DNA from: an uncultured Nitrososphaeraceae archaeon
GTDB lineage: Archaea > Thermoproteota > Nitrososphaeria > Nitrososphaerales > Nitrososphaeraceae
NCBI GenBank assembly: GCA_963825865.1
Contig: CAWGVG010000036.1
Span: 96,001 to 160,000 of the forward strand
Direction of reading: 5' to 3'
Length of the DNA stretch: 64,000 nt
Under the pieces are notes generated by a model. That model made no database searches and was not told the origin of the DNA. It worked only from the letters and a program-made list of their open reading frames with translations. Positions 12,364 to 22,321 of this stretch are shown here, in pieces; position 1 is the first letter of the stretch; every line of letters begins with the position of its first letter. A program made the position numbers and the translations under genes.

Positions 12364-12578
12364 TTATGGAATGCAGACTAGCTGTGACGAATTAGTTGCA
12401 GAGCCAACTTTATCTGAGGTTGTCGATGGTGGAGTGTTCCCTTCCCCTTCGACGGGTCTGTTTGGAAACTCAAATAGAGTAGTTGTATGTGGACATGGTG
12501 CTCCTGGATCTCCTTTATCTCCTTTCACTCCCTGGAGTCCCTGGTCGCCTTTATCCCCATAGCTGTTGTATTGTTCAT
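12364..12578 (-). pseudogene. MNNT family copy 1: internally deleted, collagen-like tail
   Basis: ATG AAC AAT ACA start behind the family upstream block, joined out of frame to GDKGDQGLQGVKGDKGDPGAPC...VCIP*. Confidence 0.65.
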
Positions 12579-12715
12579 ATATTTTCATTACAATGTCATC
12601 TATATATCTGACTTGAGGAAGTTAATGCTGTTTGTTATAACTGACTTATCTAGTATAATTATTGAGAATATCCAAGCAGGTGATGTTATTCACTCATCTA
12701 TTGTCATTAGATATT
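12579..12715 (-). promoter_or_regulatory. Conserved MNNT upstream block (short type)
   Basis: tgacttgaggaagttaatgctg...ttatctag...attgagaatatc shared with 8 other copies. Confidence 0.75.
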
Positions 12716-13337
12716 CTTGAGAACAAAATTATAAACGAAATATCCTATCGAATCTTTGCTTGGTGTAGATTGTAAGATTTAGATCAATTCATTTTTTAAT
12801 GCTTTAGACTAGAGGATAACACAATTTGCAGCACATTCCACCGAACCTATATCAATATAACTGTCCGTTTGTCTGCACTATGTGATTAATAAATTAGTAA
12901 ACTACGGCCATGTAATTTTTAATATGCAAAGCTGCCAATAATAGTCAGGATCACATCATTTTTAAGAGAAGATATCTTTTTCAGGCTTATAATCCAACTA
13001 TTATTTATATTGCATCATACACTTTAAATGAACAAATACCTGAATATTATTTTTATAAATAATAGAGGAGATATATATATTCAGCACATAGATAGATAGA
13101 TGGAGAGACAGGCAACACAGACACACATACTTCTACACAAAAATAATATACACATGTATATGCACATGTGCAGTAAAGTACTCTGACTAGTGGTAGTTGT
13201 GGAGGAGGGAGGAAGAAGAAGACAAAGATTAAACCGAGTAAAAGTATTTTTGTAGATTATAAATTTTTTATTTTGTTTTATTATTTTTTATTTAAGTGCG
13301 CACAGATATATGTGAAAAAGGAAAGAAAAAATGTTGT

Positions 13338-13360
13338 GGTAGTAGTAATAAATTACTACC
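13338..13360 (-). terminator. Type-A 3' hairpin plus T-tract (copy 2)
   Basis: GGTAGTA...TACTACC then ACAAC and a T-run on the coding strand. Confidence 0.65.
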
Positions 13361-13398
13361 TTACCTGTAGTAACAGTCGCTGCTGTTGTGCTATTCTA

Positions 13399-13680
13399 CT
13401 AACCGCTTTCACTAGTACAGGTTGCGTTTTCGCCAGGGTGTGTGCAGATAACGTTTTCAGCTTCTTGGTCTAGTGTGTTATCAAACCCACTTACTGACCC
13501 TTTTTGTTTGTTTGCCTGGATGGTAACTGTGTTACCATTCTCATTTCCATTATCTCTTCCCTTGTCTCCTTTCTTTTGATAATAAGCAGATGCAGAGTGT
13601 GTTGCTGCGAATGTTACTCCTACTACTAATGTTGCCGCTGTTAAGACAGCAACTATTGCTAGAGTTCTTGTGTTGTTCAT
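13399..13680 (-). CDS. MNNT family secreted small protein, copy 2
   Basis: Signal peptide, K-rich linker, NGNTVTIQANKQKGSVSGFDN...NVICTHPGENATC. Confidence 0.85.
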   Translation of the reverse strand: MNNTRTLAIVAVLTAATLVVGVTFAATHSASAYYQKKGDKGRDNGNENGNTVTIQANKQKGSVSGFDNTLDQEAENVICTHPGENATCTSESG

Positions 13681-13918
13681 TTAGATTTCGTCACCAACAT
13701 TATGATTTCATCTGTATATTTGACTTGAGGAAGCTAATGCTGTTTTATCTAATATAATTTAGTGCTTACTTATCTAGCATAAGTATTGAGGATATCAAAT
13801 GACATGAAATTACTCATTTATCTATTGATAGTAGATATTCACTATAATTAAATAATAACAAATAAACGCACCACTAACATAGAGTTTTTCTTTTATACTT
13901 TTAAATAAAACACACACT
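13681..13918 (-). promoter_or_regulatory. Conserved MNNT upstream block (long type, with distal extension)
   Basis: Aligns by eye with 15082-15310 and 28574-28806 over its whole length. Confidence 0.8.
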
Positions 13919-14254
13919 GGTCATCATATCAACACATGATGCAAAATTGTTATAAAATTATATCCTTTAATGGTTAAAGTTATAGTTGAACCCTGGATAT
14001 ATGTTCTTAAGAGTATTGTAAGTCAGTCAATTGGGAATTACGGTAAGCTATTACTTGTCTTTTTGACAAGTTCATCTTATCGTTATAGCTTTAGCTTGCT
14101 ACAGTTTAGTCAGAGGAAGGGAAGAGAGAGTTGTACGACCTTCTAGATAATAATCCTGACATTGTCATATTTTATATGACGCCTTTTTTCGTTGAATATA
14201 TATATATGTAACTAAAAAAATAATACAACACAATAAGAATCCAAACAACATCTT

Positions 14255-14420
14255 ATAAGGACCTAAAAAGACAACATGGTAGTAAAAATGGTAATATGTA
14301 GTTGTTGATACGGTGGAGTAGGTAAACAAACAACACGGAGAGAAAGTGGATTTGATGACGCTCATTCGAGCAAGATGTTCAAAACGTGATATGTACTCAC
14401 CCAAGCGCAGCCCTGTAGGT
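14255..14420 (+). pseudogene. Decayed MNNT family core
   Basis: agtaaaaatggtaat (SKNGN), aacaaacaa (NKQ), agtggatttgat (SGFD), gagcaagatgttcaaaacgtgatatgtactcacccaagc (EQDVQNVICTHPS), with stops and indels. Confidence 0.7.
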
Positions 14421-14724
14421 GAAACATTAACAATACTAATAATACTAGTCACACTAATGACAACAATATCATGATAATGTCTTGCAGGTAATCGTTATGA
14501 TGATGTAAAAATGTCACTCAGGCCTATAGCAATGTTACTCCCCCCACAGAAGAGACAGGCATTGTACCTTGGAAGATCTCCATAGAGTGATGCCCCTAGG
14601 TCCTCATCATATATATGCATACACCCATGTGCGCACAGCAGAGCAGATGTGCCTAGTATCTGTGGAAGAAGAAGCAGACCAAGATAATCAAGCAGGTAAC
14701 AGCTATAAAATAAAAAAAGGTTGT

Positions 14725-14744
14725 GGTAGTAGTAAAGAACTACC
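14725..14744 (-). terminator. Type-A 3' hairpin plus T-tract (copy 3)
   Basis: GGTAGT...ACTACC-ACAAC-C-T7. Confidence 0.65.
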
Positions 14745-14775
14745 TTCTCATGTAGTAATCGCTACAGCTGCTATT

Positions 14776-15081
14776 CTAGCCGCTTTCTTCTACACACGTG
14801 TCATCTGGATGAGTGCAGATAACATTTGAAGCTTCTTGTTCTAGTGTGTTATCAAATCCACTTACTGACCCTCTTTGTTTGTTTGCCTGGATGGTAACTG
14901 TGTTACCATTTTCATTTCCATTGTCTCTTCCGTCTTTTCCCTTGTTATCTTTTCTATCTTTTCCATTGTCTTTCTTGTAAGCAAATGCTGATGGTGTAGA
15001 TGTTGCTGCGAATGTTACTCCTACTACTAATGTTGCCGCTATTAAGATAGCAACTATTGCTAGAGTTCTTGTGTTGTTCAT
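14776..15081 (-). CDS. MNNT family secreted small protein, copy 3
   Basis: Signal ending AFA-Y, KKDNGKDRKDNKGKD linker, core ...NVICTHPDDTCVEESG. Confidence 0.85.
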   Translation of the reverse strand: MNNTRTLAIVAILIAATLVVGVTFAATSTPSAFAYKKDNGKDRKDNKGKDGRDNGNENGNTVTIQANKQRGSVSGFDNTLEQEASNVICTHPDDTCVEESG

Positions 15082-15310
15082 TTAGATTTCGTCATCAAGC
15101 ATTACGATATCATCTGTATATTTGACTTCAAGAAATTAATGCTGTTTGTTATTACTGACTTATCTAACATAATTATTGAGAATATCAAATGACGTGAATT
15201 TATTCATTTATCTATTGATAGTAGATATTCACTATAATTAAATAATAACAAATAAACGCACCACTAACATAGAGTTTTTCTTTTGTACTTTTAAATAAAA
15301 CGCACACTAG
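15082..15310 (-). promoter_or_regulatory. Conserved MNNT upstream block (short type, with distal extension)
   Basis: Same block as upstream of copies 2 and 5. Confidence 0.8.
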
Positions 15311-16080
15311 CAGACTTTGAGTACTATAGTTATAACTAAATGATAATAATAAAAACATATGACAAATTAAAATGTCCAATATGATACTTTTTAAGCTATT
15401 ATGTAATAAAGAAATGAAACTTTGGCTTAGGCCGTCCGTGATGAACATGTGCCTCTAGTGTACATAAGACCTGAGATGTGATAATTACACATCACATGCT
15501 TCATTCGAGCATGCACTCTAACCTAAATTCGTACCCATACATCGTATTTCATATATCAATTCTTAATGTGGCTGTTTTTCCCATCACGTCGTTCTGCGAT
15601 AGTGGTAGTATATTATTGCTTCTTTCTTCTGTTGGGGGATGGCTGATGGTCGTCTTTGACTATTTTTTGTGAATGCATCAAGAATGCATCTCTTTGTTAG
15701 TCTATTGTGCACGGGATATGATGCCACTAGAAGAACACTGATAGGTACTATTCGTAATGGAGTTTGATAATTTGTAAGTAAATCTGTTGCAACTATGCCA
15801 AAGCATTAAGCTTTTATCTTCATATTTTAGAACGCTGATTTGTAAGTTTTCAATAATAATTATAGTAATTTAATAAATATATGCCAATAAACAAGACATG
15901 AATAACACAACTTTGGGATTTATAGGCGAGAAATATACTATTGAGGATACTAAAGAACAACTCATGAAAGTTTCTATAGGCAGGAGCAGAGCTGATACTA
16001 AAAGATAGAGTGGCAAATGTGAAGGAAAAAGGTTTTGCTGTAAAGTTCTCAATATGCAATAATCATGGTTTTCTTCTTGG

Positions 16081-16416
16081 TCACACTGTTTCTGGCTCCG
16101 TTACTTGTAGATCATTTAAGACTTCTGATACTCCTGAGACATTCCATGCTTCTTGACCTGCCAAACCTCTTTCTTCATAAGTTTTGACAAGGCCTTTCAA
16201 AGTAACAGCTGAATTGTTAACATATACTTCGATGTGTGAAGAATCAATCTTGTTGTTTTTTCTCAGGTTTTCATTAATCTTATTTTTTAATTCGTCATCA
16301 CCTTTACGTCCAGCTATATGGGATGAATCATATGGTTCGTTGCCCCAATAGTAGCCAGAATAAGAATCTTCAGGAGGTTCTTTTCTTGGTTCTACTCCGT
16401 TACGCTTTTCTTTCAT
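16081..16416 (-). CDS. BON-domain protein
   Basis: DDELKNKINENL...IEVYVNNSAVTLKGLV...AWNVSGVSEVLNDLQV. Confidence 0.85.
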   Translation of the reverse strand: MKEKRNGVEPRKEPPEDSYSGYYWGNEPYDSSHIAGRKGDDELKNKINENLRKNNKIDSSHIEVYVNNSAVTLKGLVKTYEERGLAGQEAWNVSGVSEVLNDLQVTEPETV

Positions 16417-16605
16417 TATTAACGTTGTTTGAATGCGGCTCTTTTAACTATATAATAAAAATCTTCTAGGCTTTATTTGCATTCATTGTGTGGACATGAA
16501 ATAGAGTCCAAAGACCACATGATTCAATTGTGCATTCAAAGGTCGATTGAATGGACGGTTAATTTTTACAACAGCAGCTTAGCATACTAATTCTTCTAAC
16601 ACTTT

Positions 16606-16925
16606 ATGCGCCTATCCATCTTAGAGATATTACTGAAGATGAGAAGAACTATCTATATGACATGATGGATAATGATGCAGAAGCAGGTTACAGAGACAAG
16701 ATTATTCTTCTTCTAAGGAGTGAAGGTTACACTATAACAGAGATACACTCATACAGACAAACCATCATGACAACAACATAAAGAAATGGATACACCGATT
16801 CAACGACTATGGCATTGTATCAAGAAAACACAATCATACCGCTCCAAAGACAACTGATGGTATAGAAAAAGAGATTGTACAGTATAGATTCAACCAATCC
16901 GAGGAAACTTGGTTTGGGTTAGGAT
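16606..16925 (+). mobile_element. IS630-like transposase N-terminal HTH remnant
   Basis: Broken frames read LRDITEDEKNYL...GYRDKIILLLRSEGYTITEI...NNIKKWIHRFNDYGI...IEKEIV; no DDE domain follows. Confidence 0.55.
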
Positions 16926-17119
16926 AGGTTATGGGCAATATTACTAACCAGTTGACCAACTAATGATAAGAGTTAACCAACCACTAATTAGTAGATAGAA
17001 GCGTTTGCTTTTTATCCAAATATATAATAACTGATAGTTGCGTTCGTGCACCTACACATTCTGATTTTTTGCATCATCCAGTCCTGTTAGCAACTATATT
17101 CCTAAAATCCAAATTTAAA

Positions 17120-18751
17120 TCAGCAAATATCACTTGTGCTCGCATTACGCCCTGGAGCCATGGATACTCCTGGCCCAGGGTGACTGCCGGCACCACACAG
17201 GTAAATATTAGGAATTGGCATTCTATAACATCCCAATTCAGGAACAGGTCTCATAGATGATCTCTGGTATGGAACTACTGCTCCACATGAAAGAGTGCCA
17301 TATACTGATGTCGTTGGCCTTTTTTCAAAGTCTGCAGGAGAATATATAACTGGCTTAAGTGTTATTTTCTTCAAATTAGGTATATATTTTTCAGTTATCA
17401 TATCTATAATATGATCACCATATTGCTCCTTGACATTGTCCCAATCACCATTGGTAATATTACTATTATCATCGTAAGTATTATTATGATGATCATTATC
17501 AATGATATCATCATCAATCAATTTGACCTTATATGGTACGCTTAGAATTAAAAACTTCATCAGATGTTTACCGGTTGGTACCCTGCTTGGGTCCGCTATT
17601 GAGTCATTACTCATTATAAAAAGGGGCTCTGAAGGTAACTTTCCAGATCTGCATTCATAGAAGATCTTTGCAAAGAAATCTATTGTTGGCGGCGAAAGGT
17701 GAAGTTGCGTTGATTGAATAATATCTGTGCCTGCATAGTATTCAGCTGGCCCATTTAGAGCAAGGTAAACTGCAGGTACTGAGTCTCCCCACTCAATCTT
17801 CTTGATACCATTTACAATTCTTGCATCAAGGTATTCTTCTCCAATAAGCTTAAGAGCTAGTGTAGATGGATCTGCGCTTGATGCTATAATCTTTTTTACA
17901 CCAATCTCTTTTCCGCTGTCAAGTCTCACTCCTACAGCTCTTCCTTCTCTGATTATGATCTTTGTAACTGCTGTATTTGTAATTATTTCGCCTCCTCTGG
18001 ATTGAAGATACTTTGAAAGAGCAAGAGGAAGATTAACAAATCCCCCCTTTACTACATTGTTTCCTCCATCTTGCATAATAGTACTAAACAAGTAGGCTGT
18101 CTCGCCACCACCAGCATCATCTGGTGAAAGACCAACAAATGCAGCAAAGGTACCAAACATTACCTTTGCTTCTTGTGATTCGAACCATTCATTACACCAT
18201 GAACGCATAGACTGCAGACTAAATCTATACGGATTTAGTCTCTCGCCATCACTACTACTACTACTACCTGTATGACTGTTCTGCATCATAGCAATTTGAG
18301 TAGATAAAGGAAGGGGTGGTGTGTTAATAGTAGATATTATGAAATCTTTTTCCCCCAAATATCTATCAAACATCTTCTTCCAAGTATGGGCATCCTTTTT
18401 TGAATATTTCCCAATACTCTTCATGGTCTTCTCTACACTTCGATACATGGAAATATATCCACCATCAGGGAATACATGGGAATAAGAAATCTCCGGTCGT
18501 AAGAGTTCAAAGCCATATTTATCAAGATTCAGTTCATCTGGAACTGGAGACAAATTTGCAAGTTGGTAACCAAAAGCATGAACATCTGATCTAAAACCTG
18601 GCAATGTAACTTCTTCTGTTATAGTCATGCCTCTTATGGACTTGTACTGTTCAATAACCAAAACCTTCAGACCTGCTTTTGCGAGATAGCATGCACATGT
18701 CAAGCCATTGTGACCTGCACCAATAACTATGGCGTCATATTCCGAAGACAA
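17120..18751 (-). CDS. Phytoene-desaturase-like NAD(P)/FAD-dependent oxidoreductase
   Basis: YDAIVIGAGHNGLTCACYLAKAG; C-terminal IYLCGAGSHPGPGVSMAPGRNA. Confidence 0.85.
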   Translation of the reverse strand: MSSEYDAIVIGAGHNGLTCACYLAKAGLKVLVIEQYKSIRGMTITEEVTLPGFRSDVHAFGYQLANLSPVPDELNLDKYGFELLRPEISYSHVFPDGGYISMYRSVEKTMKSIGKYSKKDAHTWKKMFDRYLGEKDFIISTINTPPLPLSTQIAMMQNSHTGSSSSSDGERLNPYRFSLQSMRSWCNEWFESQEAKVMFGTFAAFVGLSPDDAGGGETAYLFSTIMQDGGNNVVKGGFVNLPLALSKYLQSRGGEIITNTAVTKIIIREGRAVGVRLDSGKEIGVKKIIASSADPSTLALKLIGEEYLDARIVNGIKKIEWGDSVPAVYLALNGPAEYYAGTDIIQSTQLHLSPPTIDFFAKIFYECRSGKLPSEPLFIMSNDSIADPSRVPTGKHLMKFLILSVPYKVKLIDDDIIDNDHHNNTYDDNSNITNGDWDNVKEQYGDHIIDMITEKYIPNLKKITLKPVIYSPADFEKRPTTSVYGTLSCGAVVPYQRSSMRPVPELGCYRMPIPNIYLCGAGSHPGPGVSMAPGRNASTSDIC

Positions 18752-18836
18752 ATGCGAGTTATATGAAAGAAGAAAGCGCTTTTATGAGTTTTGTCAGAAA
18801 TCTGTATTAATGAGATAAGCACACCTCGATAAACTA

Positions 18837-18941
18837 ATGGCACATGCATCAACAACCAAGAGCGCCATCGTCACCGGCGCCTCACGCGGGATCGGACGCG
18901 CGGTAGCGATAAGGCTGGCACGCGATGGCTTCGCGGTATAA
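18837..18941 (+). pseudogene. GC-rich N-terminal fragment of a short-chain dehydrogenase
   Basis: MAHASTTKSAIVTGASRGIGRAVAIRLARDGFAV*; contains TGxxxGIG. Confidence 0.75.
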
Positions 18942-19248
18942 GAGCACGGCTGACTTTTTTTTGTTTTTTATTATTCCAATCGCCTGAAGTTACTTGACCA
19001 TTCTGGCCTAGTAACAGAAGGAATAATGATAAGATTTTCTGTCTATGCGCATTATAATCTACTCCACGTTCTCCTTGGTTCATATCTCTATGCAACATGA
19101 ACCACGAACTCGTAAAGTCGTTTCTGACGGATCTGACGGCGTATTTAACGTGCTATTTGACGATGACCATATTCAGAAAAAATGATGATATCTAAAGCAG
19201 TAGATATGAAAGATCTCTTTCTGTAGACTTAACGGAAAAAAAGGTTGT

Positions 19249-19266
19249 GGTAGTAAATTAACTACC
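19249..19266 (-). terminator. Type-A 3' hairpin after a decayed distant MNNT-like gene
   Basis: GGTAGT...ACTACC-ACAAC-C-T7; upstream remnant reads NGNNST...C...CINEA. Confidence 0.55.
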
Positions 19267-20658
19267 TTGTTGTGCATCTTCTTCGGGGCTGTGGCCATCC
19301 TCATTATTGGTGCTGCCGTCATCATTACTGGTGTTATCAGTAGGATTAACGTGGTTCTTGATAGTAATGAAGATTGCAGCTTCATTAATGCATGAGTGTT
19401 TGATTGGACTTTTTTTTACCATCAGTGTCACAATTTGTCTTCTACTTCATGATGGCGGTAGAGTTGTTACCATTTACTGTCGTACAGTAAGACCATATGC
19501 TGCTGCCATATGCTAAATAGATGGTTGTTCTTTCAATGAAGAAACAGTGGTATTCTTGAATTTCTTAAAACACGATATATTGTATTTGCTAGTCTAACAT
19601 ACTTAGATTCCTTCAATATCTATAGTCTATTATGCTTCTAGAAAGCTTTGACGGAATCTGTCAAAAGCATGTTTTCTAGAGCCTAATGTATACTATATTA
19701 GGAATATATAGGCTATATTCATTCTACAATTATGAATATAGTAGCGATTCCAAAATCGGTACATGAAAACAGGATCCTAGAGAACAGCCAGGTGTTTGTT
19801 GACTTCCAGCTTGCGCCTGAAGATATGAAACTTCTAGACTCGCTGAACGAGAATTTGCAGACAGTCTTCTTTGGTTAGTGATTGATTGAGTGTCTTCTGG
19901 AAAAGTTTGATATTCACCTACAATTAACGGTGAATTGATCTGATAATACAATGGGATTAATCACTTTCTAACAAGACATGCGCTTATGAGTGCGTTTTTT
20001 ATTCTTGTTTATTCAGATCCAAAAATATGGAAGAAGACTCTACTTCTGTGTGTTTAATGGAACAAGAGTCACTCTATCTGGTACCTGATGTATAATCCCT
20101 GTATGTGACGTGTATAAATGGTCTGGTAGCTGGGCTGATGCCTGCATCGTCTTTGAACTTACAATAAAGCTGCCTATTGAGAAAAACAAACAAACAAACA
20201 GATAATATGGCAGCAGATATCCTAAGATTCGTTCTTATGTTTGTATATTTCAATATATAGATTATCTTAGTAATTATTGTTAGTATATTTATCTTTTAAA
20301 CATTGTTTCCTTACTTTGTTTCTGCTAAATTATAAGTGTTTTTCACTATTATTAGTAATAAGTGGATAGATATTATTATTTGATATAGTATTCTGTTTTG
20401 TCTGGTTCTCTATATCTCGCTGTGCACTATCCTGCTAACAAATGACTGATTACGATTCTTTTTAAAGCCTATTTTTCTAAATCTTTAACGTTCTCATTTT
20501 TGATAAGGACTATTTGAAAGCAAATAAATGGTAACAAGCATATCATTGTGGTAAGACAGTAACAGCTTTACAAATTGTCACGTTATGGTTAGATATATAG
20601 ATATAGATAAATCCACCTGCAAGTATCTATCCTGCTTAGTTTTTGTTACTCTTCTTGG

Positions 20659-21405
20659 TCAGTTAGTTACAAGCAGAAGCAACAACAGCATCATCCTTGT
20701 CCTGCTTCTTATTCTTCTTCTCATCCGTTCCATATAGGGTCTAATTTGCTCCCCTATTCGGTCATCGAATGCTTTACGTATCTGTAGTGTTTTTGCAATA
20801 CCATCAGCAAGATCGTCTTTACTATAAGTTACACCCCTTGACTTCATGATCTCTATCATAATATCTTGACGCTTCTTTGCCTCCTGCTCTAGTAGTTTCT
20901 GATATTCACTTGGACCCAAAGAATCGTCATATTTTAACTTCCCAGGATTGTCAGGATCAGAAACCCAATGACTATAATCATACTTCAACCATCCTGGCTT
21001 ATCTGGGTCTGGAATCTTGTTCCTACTTTTGTAAACATCTGAACCATTGTTATATCTCCCCACTGGTGAGCAATAAATCACTTGCTTCAATTCTTTTATA
21101 GTTGGTTTAGGTTTTATATTCAGAAATTTCTCAGCTAGGTCATAAGGCCAATCTATGGACCACTTGTGATCTGTACCTCGATAATGTGAAGTATCACCTT
21201 CATAAAGTTCTCTAAAACCATTTATTCGCCTTCGCAAGCCATTTTCTTTAGGAGTGATATCTTCAGAGAGATCATTCCAATTCACCCGTTTGCATTTAGC
21301 ACATCTATCTGGTATAGGGCCATTCTTGCCGTTAATACGATTAAGCCATTTATAGCCACATTTAGCGCACTCATATTCTTTAATTTGTATCTCATGAATT
21401 GGCAT
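20659..21405 (-). CDS. Hypothetical protein with N-terminal zinc ribbon
   Basis: YECAKCGYKW...PDRCAKCK; internal repeat PDPDKPGWLKYD / SDPDNPGKLKYD; likely start MPIHE at 21405. Confidence 0.65.
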   Translation of the reverse strand: MPIHEIQIKEYECAKCGYKWLNRINGKNGPIPDRCAKCKRVNWNDLSEDITPKENGLRRRINGFRELYEGDTSHYRGTDHKWSIDWPYDLAEKFLNIKPKPTIKELKQVIYCSPVGRYNNGSDVYKSRNKIPDPDKPGWLKYDYSHWVSDPDNPGKLKYDDSLGPSEYQKLLEQEAKKRQDIMIEIMKSRGVTYSKDDLADGIAKTLQIRKAFDDRIGEQIRPYMERMRRRIRSRTRMMLLLLLLVTN

Positions 21406-21413
21406 AATTAAAT

Positions 21414-21484
21414 TCACTAATGGTGAGATGACATATATGCCTTTACTAATGGTGACCACTATTAATTCAATTCACTAATGGTGG
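21414..21484. promoter_or_regulatory. Three 13-bp quasi-palindromic boxes (TCACTAATGGTGA) with 29-bp period
   Basis: Boxes start at 21414, 21443 and 21472, flanking a TATA-like catatatg. Confidence 0.65.
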
Positions 21485-21963
21485 GCTGATAAATGCTCCC
21501 ATTTGATTTTCAGCTGCCAAAAAAAGCTACCTAGAAGGCTTATTATGCTGTAAGGCTTCTTCATTTACCTGTCAAAGATTCTCAAAATCCTCGAGTTGGA
21601 TAGTCAAGCTTGTCTATAGATGGCATCTGTATCTCTTTCAGTAATATCATCCTTTGTTGTGGTCTTGTTGCAAATTTATTGAAGTCTTACGTAGGTCTAT
21701 CAATTTCCAAGCAAGTGCACCCTAATAGACAATCTATTATTGAAGTCTTTTTGTCATCAGTTAGTTTGGGCACGAACAAGTCCGAATCTAGGATCTCCTG
21801 AAGTCGCTCACTTTCTGAGGTTAATTCTTTTGAAGTCGCATAAGGTTGCAGGTGACGTTACTTCTTTTGTGTACAGACATCCCAAAGTGTAGATGTATTC
21901 TCACTTCTTTAGAGCCATTTAGCAAATTAATCGGAGAAAGTGTCCACCAATTTAGTACTAAAT

Positions 21964-22140
21964 ATGCAGAAAGAACATACTGCTACAGACTGGAACGAAA
22001 AAGGTATTAGTCTTTTCAAAAGAAAAAATATGATAACAGGAAAGTATCAGGAGCTTATAGAGTGTTGCGACAGAGCTATAAAGATAATCCAAACAATATT
22101 AATGCATGGTATAACAAAGGTGCAGCTCTTGATAAGTTAA
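21964..22140 (+). pseudogene. TPR-repeat fragment
   Basis: DWNEKGISL...YQELIECCDRAIKI, then AWYNKGAAL in a shifted frame. Confidence 0.6.
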
Positions 22141-22321
22141 GACAAAAGGATGCAAGGCACCCTGCCTTCTTGTCCTGTTCCTGTCTAAAGTAATAATATG
22201 TAATACTGTCCAATAAGAGACACATATGAGTAAAGTTGTTATAGTTATGCCAACTTGCCTTAGTTATGTTCAGAAATAAGGAATTTGGTTTTAACTGTAA
22301 ATGGGGAGGGTTAGTGCAATA

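Noticed and set aside
12487-12720. Repeated ORF HYNVIYIxDLRKLMLFVITDLSS (also 31354-31545) as a protein family
   Set aside because: Antisense reading of the upstream block; not kept as a comparable ORF in most other copies.
13399-15081. MNNT peptides as RiPP precursors
   Set aside because: They have Sec-type signals, and no modifying enzymes or dedicated transporters are nearby; not excluded if these are encoded elsewhere.
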